This document shows, in pieces, positions 57,303 through 64,000 of a stretch of DNA of 64,000 bases; position 1 is the stretch's first letter; each line of letters opens with the position of its first letter. Under the pieces are notes generated by a model. That model had not been told where the DNA came from. It was given only the letters and a program-made list of their open reading frames with translations, and did not search any database. The stretch is from contig QHTZ01000071.1 of the NCBI GenBank assembly GCA_003221005.1, positions 1-64,000 on the forward strand, in the 5' to 3' direction. Made by a program: the position numbers and the translations under genes. The stretch is from Gemmatimonadota bacterium. Lineage in GTDB: Bacteria > Gemmatimonadota > Gemmatimonadetes > Gemmatimonadales > GWC2-71-9.

Positions 57303-60300
57303 TCCACCGCCACGGCGCGCATCTGCACCGGATCGCCTCCCACGAGCGTCGGTGCGTGGTGCTCGACCGCGATCCTGTTGAACGCCACGACGTCCGTCCG
57401 CAGCAGGGCGTTGAACTTCGCAAGATGACCGTCCAGCTCGCCCTTCAGGCGCTGCAGCTCGGCGGCCACGACCTCGGACGGCGGCTGCGCGTACGCCTGC
57501 GACAGCCCAAAGCTCATACGCTCGAGCCGTTCCCCGAAGCGTGTCAGGTAATGGATGTCGTCTTCAGGGGCATCCCGCTGGACGTCGGAGTTGTAGAGGC
57601 TGTCTTTTAGCTCCTTGAGCTTTCTGCCGAGCGCGTCCGCCTGCTGGAGCACCGGGCGGTATTCCACGCTGTCAGCCGCGCCCACACCGCTACCCCGAAG
57701 CGTCTGACGCAGGTGCTGGAGCTGATCCTGCAGCCCGCTCATGCGGTTCAGCGCCACATGCAGCGCCGACACGGCGTTCCGCAGCTCGAGCCCCGCGCGG
57801 GTCTGGGCCACGAAGGCTGCGGCAGCCGCGGGGATCCGCGGATCGGGCTCGACCGTCACAGCGCGAGTCTCCGTCTTGCCTGCCACGGTCACGGCGACGG
57901 TGTACGTCCCCGGCACCACGCGGGGACCGACCATAGTGCGGAACGGATTCTCCTCCTCCTCCTCCTGCAGCTTCTCGAAGGTGAGGCGCTCCGGCGCCTC
58001 GTAGCGCAGGTTCCATACATGACGATTGAAGCCCTGCTTCGAAGGCCCGTAAGCCGTGGTCACCGTGTCGCCGTGACTGTCTGTGACCGAGATCTTGACG
58101 GGCGTCTGGCGCTGCTTCTTCTGCTCCTCGCTGGGCTTGAGCTCGGAGCGGAGGTAGTAATCGATCATCGCTCCCTGCGGCGCGTTGGGCACCGTGAAGC
58201 GCGACGCGGCCGCGCCCTCGCGGCGCGGGCGCACGCGGATCCGCGCCGGTAGCGTGCCGAACAAATGCAAGTCGCCCGCGGCGACCTGGGGAGTGAATTC
58301 CTCGAGCGGCGTGATGTTGTCGAGCACGAACAGTCCGCGGCCGTGCGTCGCAATCACCAGATCGTGCTTCCGCGCCACGAACTGCACGTCCCACACGGGA
58401 GCCGTGGGGAAGCTGCCCCTGATCTGTTTCCAGGTGGCGCCGTCGTCGCGCGAGTAGAACAGCCCTGCGTCGGTGCCGAGGACGAGGAAACCGCGCTGGT
58501 TCGGATCCTCCCGGATCACCCGCGCCGGATCAGACGTGGGCAGGCCGCGCGACAGGTCGACCCAGGTCTGCCCGTAGTTGGTGGTCCGGAAGACATATGG
58601 GCGGTTGTCGTCGAACTCGTGGTAGTCCACCGCGAGGTAGGCGGTGCCCGCGTCGAACGGTGAGACGCCGATCTGGTTGATGCGCCCGCCCTCCCCCCTG
58701 GGCAACCCGGGGATGCGCGCGCCGACGTTGGTCCACGTCTTCCCGCCGTCCCGCGTGACCTGCACGTTGCCGTCGTCGGTCCCCACCCAGAGGACGTTGG
58801 TGTCGGTGGGAGCGACGTTGATCGTGAGGATCGTGTTGTAGGTCTCGGCGCCCGAGATGTCGTATTCGATCGGCCCGCCGCTCGTCACCTGCTTGGTCTT
58901 GTCGTTCTTCGTGAGGTCGGGGCTGATCGGCGCCCAGTGCTGCCCGCCATCCGTCGTCTTGAAGACCACATTCGCGCCGAGGAACACCTCGTCGGCGTTC
59001 GTGGCCGAAACGGCGATCGGCGACGTCCAGTTGAAGCGGTACTGGAGGTCGGCGGGCTTCGCGTCGTCCACGGTCCCAAGGTACGGCCGAATGAACCGCG
59101 TGACACCGGTCCGGAGGTCGAGGCGGCTGACGAAGCCGTTCTGCGAGTCCACGTAGATGATCGTCGAGTCGCTCGGCGCCGGGACCGCGTACTCTCCGTC
59201 GCCTCCCGTGACGGTGAACCACTCCGCGCCGCTCTGTCCGCCGGGCCCGATGTTGCTCGACGGGCCGCACCAGGCGTTGTTGTCCTGGAGGCCGCCGCAC
59301 AGCTTGTAGGGGTCGTTCGCGTCGGCCGCCACCATGTAGAACTGACCGATCGGCAGGTTGTTGAGGAAGCGCCACGTCTTGCCACCGGTGGTGGTCACGT
59401 ACGCGCCGCCGTCGTTCCCCTGGATCATGCGGTCGGGGTTCTGCGGATCGATCCACAGGGCGTGGTGGTCCACGTGGACCCCACGATCGATGTAGCGCGA
59501 CGTCTTGCCGCCGTCATCGGACTGGCGCAGCTCGTAGGACGAGAAGAACACCTTACGGTCGTCCACGGGGGAGACCGTGATCAGCGAGAAGTAGAACGGC
59601 CGGATGTTGAGGCCGTGGTAGTCGCTGACCTTGGTCCAGTGATCCCCCATGTCGCGCGAGTCCCAGAGCATCCCCTGCTTCGCCTCGACCAGCGCGTACA
59701 CGTGCGTGGGGTTGCTCGCGCCGATGCCGAGGGCGATCCGGCCGTACGGGCCGTCGGGCAGGCCCTCCTTGAGCTTCGTCCAGGTCATGCCGCCGTCGGT
59801 CGACCGGTAGATGCCGCTCCCCGGCCCGCCGCTGACGAGCTGCCAGGGGTGCCGCTGCACCTGCCACATCGCCGCGAACAGCACCTCGGGATTCCCTGGC
59901 TGCATGACGAGGTCAGCGCACCCCGTGGTGTCGTTCACGAACAGGACCTTCTGCCACGTCTTGCCGCCGTCGCCGGTGCGGTACACGCCGCGGTCGGGGC
60001 CGGGGGTCCAGGCATGGCCCACGGCCGCCACGAACACGACGTCGGGGTTCGCGGGGTCGATGACGATGCGCGAGATCTGCCCCACGTCGGCGAGCCCCGC
60101 GAATTTCCAGCTCTTCCCCGCATCCGGTGAGTAGTAGACGCCGTGCCCGTTGATGATGTCGTTGCGGATGTTGCCCTCGCCCGTGCCGACCCACACGACG
60201 TTGGGGTTCGAGGACGCCAGAGCGACGGCGCCGATCGAGGCGGTGGGCTGGTCCTTGAAGACCGCCTCCCAGGAGTCGCCGCCGTCCACGGACTTGAATA

Positions 60301-60514
60301 CGCCACCGGCGGCCGCGCCGACGTAGTACACGCCGGGTTGACCGGGGACGCCGACCGCGGCGGTCACGCGACCGCCCGCGACTGAGGGGCCGATGTTTCG
60401 GAACGTGAGATTGGTGAGAGAATCGATGCCAGCGGCCGCCGGAGCGGCGGGCTGCTGCGCAGCAACGCAGGGGACGACCGCGGCGAGGCCGAGCGCTAGG
60501 GACAGGATACGCAT
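57299..60514 (-). CDS. Secreted VPS10/sortilin-like BNR-repeat protein (glycosyl hydrolase-like)
   Basis: FRNIGP...GGRV, many S/TxDGGxTW Asp-boxes, HVDHH. Confidence 0.88.
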   Translation of the reverse strand: MRILSLALGLAAVVPCVAAQQPAAPAAAGIDSLTNLTFRNIGPSVAGGRVTAAVGVPGQPGVYYVGAAAGGVFKSVDGGDSWEAVFKDQPTASIGAVALASSNPNVVWVGTGEGNIRNDIINGHGVYYSPDAGKSWKFAGLADVGQISRIVIDPANPDVVFVAAVGHAWTPGPDRGVYRTGDGGKTWQKVLFVNDTTGCADLVMQPGNPEVLFAAMWQVQRHPWQLVSGGPGSGIYRSTDGGMTWTKLKEGLPDGPYGRIALGIGASNPTHVYALVEAKQGMLWDSRDMGDHWTKVSDYHGLNIRPFYFSLITVSPVDDRKVFFSSYELRQSDDGGKTSRYIDRGVHVDHHALWIDPQNPDRMIQGNDGGAYVTTTGGKTWRFLNNLPIGQFYMVAADANDPYKLCGGLQDNNAWCGPSSNIGPGGQSGAEWFTVTGGDGEYAVPAPSDSTIIYVDSQNGFVSRLDLRTGVTRFIRPYLGTVDDAKPADLQYRFNWTSPIAVSATNADEVFLGANVVFKTTDGGQHWAPISPDLTKNDKTKQVTSGGPIEYDISGAETYNTILTINVAPTDTNVLWVGTDDGNVQVTRDGGKTWTNVGARIPGLPRGEGGRINQIGVSPFDAGTAYLAVDYHEFDDNRPYVFRTTNYGQTWVDLSRGLPTSDPARVIREDPNQRGFLVLGTDAGLFYSRDDGATWKQIRGSFPTAPVWDVQFVARKHDLVIATHGRGLFVLDNITPLEEFTPQVAAGDLHLFGTLPARIRVRPRREGAAASRFTVPNAPQGAMIDYYLRSELKPSEEQKKQRQTPVKISVTDSHGDTVTTAYGPSKQGFNRHVWNLRYEAPERLTFEKLQEEEEENPFRTMVGPRVVPGTYTVAVTVAGKTETRAVTVEPDPRIPAAAAAFVAQTRAGLELRNAVSALHVALNRMSGLQDQLQHLRQTLRGSGVGAADSVEYRPVLQQADALGRKLKELKDSLYNSDVQRDAPEDDIHYLTRFGERLERMSFGLSQAYAQPPSEVVAAELQRLKGELDGHLAKFNALLRTDVVAFNRIAVEHHAPTLVGGDPVQMRAVAVD

Positions 60515-60575
60515 GCTGGTTTCTCCTCTTCGCATATCGCACACTCGATACAGCGGACGAGCGCCGGCGCTGCGA

Positions 60576-61994
60576 TCAAAGCAGCATGCCGGCGATCGTC
60601 GCGGACAGAAAATTGGCGAGGGTGCCCGCGATCATCGCGCGGAACCCCAGCCGGGCGAGGTCGTGCTTGCGGTCGGGGGCGAGCGCCCCAATCCCGCCGA
60701 TCTGGATCCCCACCGAGCTCACGTTCGCGAACCCACAGAGGGCGAACGTGGCGATCGTGAACGACACGGGGTCGAGCGAAGGCTTGAGCGGCCCGAGCTG
60801 CGCGTAGGCGATGAACTCGTTCAGCACCATACGCGTGCCGAGCAGGCCCCCGATCGTGCCGCTGTCGTGCCAGGGCACCCCCATCACGAGCGCGACGGGC
60901 CGGAACACCCAGCCGAGCACGGTCTGGAGGTCCGCCGGGAACCAGGCGACGTGGCCGTGGATCCAGCCGAAGCCGCCGTTCGCGAGCGCGATCAGCGCGA
61001 TGAACGAAATGAGCATCGCGATGACGTTGAGCATCAGGTGCAACCCCTCGGTGGTGCCGCGGGCAGCCGCGTCCACGACGTTCACATCGGTGCGCGGAAT
61101 CTCGATCCGCACTCCGCCCAGGGTCTGGGGCTGCTCCGTCTCCGGCTCGAGCAGCTTCGCCATCATGATCGTGCCCGGCGCCGTCATGATCACCGCCGTG
61201 AGCAGGTGCCGCGCCTCGATGCCGAACGCGATGTACGCCGCCATGATCGAGCCCGACACGTGGGCCATGCCGGCGGTCATCACGGTCATGAGCTCCGAGC
61301 GCGTCATGGACGGGAGGAAGGGGCGGATCGTGAGGGGCGCCTCGGTCTGGCCCATGAAGATCGAGGCCGCGACGTTCAAGCTCTCCGCGCCGCTCGCGCG
61401 CATCAGCTTGTTCATCGCGACGGCGAAGGCGCGCACCACGAGCGGCATGATGCCGACGTAATACATGATCGCGAACAGCGCCGACACGAAGATGATGGCC
61501 GGCAGGACCTGGAACGCGAACACCACACCTAGGCTCGAGTGCTGCTTGCCGATCTCCCCGAATACGAACGCCGATCCTGCGTAGGAAAAACTCAGGATCC
61601 GCGTGACCACGTCTCCCAACGCGCGGAACAGGCGCTGGCCCAGGGGAACGCGCAGCACGAAAATCGCGAACGCCACTTGCAGCCCGAGACCCCAGGCGAC
61701 GACGCGCCAGCTAATCGCCCGGCGGTTGCGCGACAGGCCGACCCCGATCGCAAGGATCGCGGCGAGACCGAATACCCCCATGAGCCGAGCGCCGACGGAG
61801 CGGGCGGCGACGGGGGGAACCGCAGCCTGGGTATCGGGGGCGGGGGCGGACACCGCGGCGGCACCCGGGGCGGCCGCCTGTTGGGGATAGATCGCCGCTT
61901 GCACCGAGTTCCAGGTGAACCGGGGCAGCGTGAACACCAGCAGCGCGCACACGAAGGTGACGGCGAACGCAAGGATCGTGCGGCGCAGCGGCAT
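60576..61994 (-). CDS. nupC: Na+/H+-nucleoside cotransporter (CNT family)
   Basis: FAFQVLP, FMGQTEAP, NEFIAY, LCGFAN. Confidence 0.9.
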   Translation of the reverse strand: MPLRRTILAFAVTFVCALLVFTLPRFTWNSVQAAIYPQQAAAPGAAAVSAPAPDTQAAVPPVAARSVGARLMGVFGLAAILAIGVGLSRNRRAISWRVVAWGLGLQVAFAIFVLRVPLGQRLFRALGDVVTRILSFSYAGSAFVFGEIGKQHSSLGVVFAFQVLPAIIFVSALFAIMYYVGIMPLVVRAFAVAMNKLMRASGAESLNVAASIFMGQTEAPLTIRPFLPSMTRSELMTVMTAGMAHVSGSIMAAYIAFGIEARHLLTAVIMTAPGTIMMAKLLEPETEQPQTLGGVRIEIPRTDVNVVDAAARGTTEGLHLMLNVIAMLISFIALIALANGGFGWIHGHVAWFPADLQTVLGWVFRPVALVMGVPWHDSGTIGGLLGTRMVLNEFIAYAQLGPLKPSLDPVSFTIATFALCGFANVSSVGIQIGGIGALAPDRKHDLARLGFRAMIAGTLANFLSATIAGMLL

Positions 61995-62150
61995 CACGGG
62001 ATGGTCTCCTGGACGAGGCAGCAAACGTGACGCGCACGAAGCAAAAACGCAAAACGGCGCGGCTTGCGCACGGGGCGGGCAACCCCTATGGATGTTGCGG
62101 CGCTGCCACGGTCCGCGGCGCAAGCAGGCAACCTCAGCTCAGGAGCCCCT

Positions 62151-62435
62151 ATGCGCACCACGCTGACGACCCGCCTCGCCACCGCCGCCCTGGTCGGGCT
62201 CGCGGGGTTCTCCCTACCAGCCGCGGCCCGTGCCGGGAGGCCTCCTGACCCCACCGTCGTGCTGCCGGCGGAGCCGCACCCTGAGATCAACAGCGCGATC
62301 GTGGCGCTCGAGCGGGCCAAGTTCCACCTGATGCACGCGGCGCACGACTTCGGCGGACACCGGGTCGCTGCGATTGCGGCGATCGACCGGGCATTGCGGC
62401 AGCTGCGCCTGGCGCTGCAGTTCGACAGGGATTAA
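62151..62435 (+). CDS. Small exported His-rich helical-hairpin protein
   Basis: AGGAG RBS, signal peptide, HPEI...HLMHAAHDFGGHR. Confidence 0.75.
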   Translation: MRTTLTTRLATAALVGLAGFSLPAAARAGRPPDPTVVLPAEPHPEINSAIVALERAKFHLMHAAHDFGGHRVAAIAAIDRALRQLRLALQFDRD

Positions 62436-62476
62436 ACCAGCAGCTAGTATCTCCCGGCCCCAAGAGGGAGGGAACG

Positions 62477-62890
62477 ATGGCGGAGATGATCCGGAAGGTG
62501 GAGTACTACTACACCACCGCGGCGAACAAGCCGGGCGAGGGCACCCGACTGCTCGACGCCCTGCGGATGGCCGGCGTCAACTTGCGCGCGGTGCACGGAT
62601 TTCCCAGCGCGCGCAAGGCTCAGATCGATTTCGTCCCGGCGGACACCGCGGCGTTCCTCGCGGCCGCGAAGAATGCCAAGATCAAGTTGAGCAAGCCCAA
62701 GACGGTGTTCCTGATCGAGGGCGACGATCGCATGGGCGCGGTCGGCGGCGTGATGGCGCGGCTCGCTGCCGCGAAGATCAACGTCACAGCGGTCACCGGC
62801 ATATCCGCGGGGATGGGGCGCTGGGGCGGGATCCTGTGGGTCAAGCCGGGCGATGTGAACAAGGCGGCCGCCGCGCTCGGGGCGATGTAG
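62477..62890 (+). CDS. Tandem ACT-domain protein
   Basis: NKPGEG...AGVNL and DRMGAVG...AKINV. Confidence 0.75.
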   Translation: MAEMIRKVEYYYTTAANKPGEGTRLLDALRMAGVNLRAVHGFPSARKAQIDFVPADTAAFLAAAKNAKIKLSKPKTVFLIEGDDRMGAVGGVMARLAAAKINVTAVTGISAGMGRWGGILWVKPGDVNKAAAALGAM

Positions 62891-62891
62891 G

Positions 62892-64000
62892 CTACGTCAT
62901 CCACACGCTCTTGACGTTCACGACCTCCCGGAGACCGTACTCCGAGAGCTCCCGGCCGTAGCCCGACCGCTTGACGCCGCCGAACGGCAGCCGCGGATCG
63001 GACTTCACGAGACCGTTGACGACCACACTGCCCACCTCGAGCGCGCCGGCGAGCCGCTCAGCGCGGGCGACGTCCCGGGTCCACACCGCCGCGCCGAGCC
63101 CGTAGGTGGAGGCGTTGGCGAGACGGAGCGCGTCGCTCTCGTCGCGGGCGCGGATCACCGCCGCCACCGGCCCGAACGTCTCCTCGTCGAACGCCGGCAT
63201 GCCCTCGCGCACCGCGGTGAGGATCGTGGGCGGGTAGAAGGCGCCCGGACCCTCGGGTACCCGGCCCCCGAGGACCAGCTGGGCGCCGCGCCGCAGCGAC
63301 TCCTCCACCTGACGGTGCAGCGTACTCCGCAAATCGGACCGCGCCTGGGGGCCGATCTCCGTCTCGGGCGCCAGCGGGTCGCCAACCCGGCGTTTCTGTA
63401 GCTCCGCCGCGAAGCGCTCCAGAAACCTATCCGCCACGCGATCGACGACAATGAAGCGCTTCGCGGCGATGCAGCTCTGGCCGCTGTTCAGGAGTCGGGC
63501 CTCGGCGGCGGTGCGCGCGGCTGCGTCGAGATCCGCGTCGGCCAGCACGATGAAGGGGTCGCTGCCGCCGAGCTCCAGCACGGTTTTCTTGAGGTGCCGC
63601 CCGGCCTCCTCTCCCACACTCGACCCCGCGCGCGGGCTGCCCGTGAGAGTGACGCCGCGGACGCGCGCATCCGCGATCACGCCGGCGACCGCATCGGGCT
63701 CCACCAGGATCGACTGGAACACGCCCTCGGGGAACCCCGCGTCCCGGAACAGCGCCGCGAGGTCGAGCGCGCAACGCGGGACATTGGGGGCGTGCTTCAG
63801 GATGGCGACATTGCCGGCCACGAGCGCGGGCGCCGCGAACCGGAAAACCTGCCAGAAGGGGAAATTCCACGGCATGATCGCGAGCACCGGCCCGAGGGGA
63901 TCGAAGCGTACGTAGCTCCGCGCCGCTTCGGTCCGCCGTGGTTCGGGAGCGAGAAACGTAGGGCCATGCTCCGCGTAGTAGTCGCACGCCCAGGCGCATT
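62892..64000 (-). CDS. NAD(P)-dependent succinate-semialdehyde dehydrogenase (5' end outside the window)
   Basis: IMPWNFP, LELGGSDP, NSGQSCIAAKR, EETFGP, PFGGVKRSGYGRE; frame open to the window edge. Confidence 0.88.
   Translation of the reverse strand, partial: CAWACDYYAEHGPTFLAPEPRRTEAARSYVRFDPLGPVLAIMPWNFPFWQVFRFAAPALVAGNVAILKHAPNVPRCALDLAALFRDAGFPEGVFQSILVEPDAVAGVIADARVRGVTLTGSPRAGSSVGEEAGRHLKKTVLELGGSDPFIVLADADLDAAARTAAEARLLNSGQSCIAAKRFIVVDRVADRFLERFAAELQKRRVGDPLAPETEIGPQARSDLRSTLHRQVEESLRRGAQLVLGGRVPEGPGAFYPPTILTAVREGMPAFDEETFGPVAAVIRARDESDALRLANASTYGLGAAVWTRDVARAERLAGALEVGSVVVNGLVKSDPRLPFGGVKRSGYGRELSEYGLREVVNVKSVWMT

Noticed and set aside
57299-60514. Recurrent GACGGCGG motifs suggesting a DNA repeat or CRISPR array
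   Set aside because: They encode protein-level BNR/Asp-box repeats; no constant repeat-spacer structure and no cas genes.
1-64000. rRNA, tRNA, IS, integrase, prophage or defence genes
   Set aside because: None recognised; intergenic gaps are short and nearly all sequence is explained by CDS.

Overview
High-GC (~70% by eye) bacterial chromosome segment. Gene content and style suggest Gemmatimonadota (inference). About 66 CDS; no rRNA, tRNA, CRISPR, transposase or prophage seen. In order: a TonB-dependent receptor with a large secreted partner (cut by the left edge); an M24 peptidase; a SigR/RsrA-like ECF sigma/anti-sigma pair heading a DUF92-flavoenzyme-methyltransferase-SRPBCC-FabF cluster; hemBCD; ccmABCD; acs; kup; VKOR/DsbA; a catalytically dead AdoMetDC homolog; argJ; a second ECF sigma with a CBM48 anti-sigma; HmuY; pruA; two-component genes; a membrane protein with two PmoC/AmoC-like D-x3-H-x12/13-H motifs coupled to an exported protein with an N-terminal His and PmoB-like topology (best candidate for a novel system); aguBA; an MFS transporter; DPP-IV; gltB behind an attenuator-like leader; a VPS10/BNR protein; nupC; and an aldehyde dehydrogenase (cut by the right edge). 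Degenerate heptamer tandem repeats recur inside and between genes. Start codons were re-picked by hand, and all product calls are motif-based with no database search.
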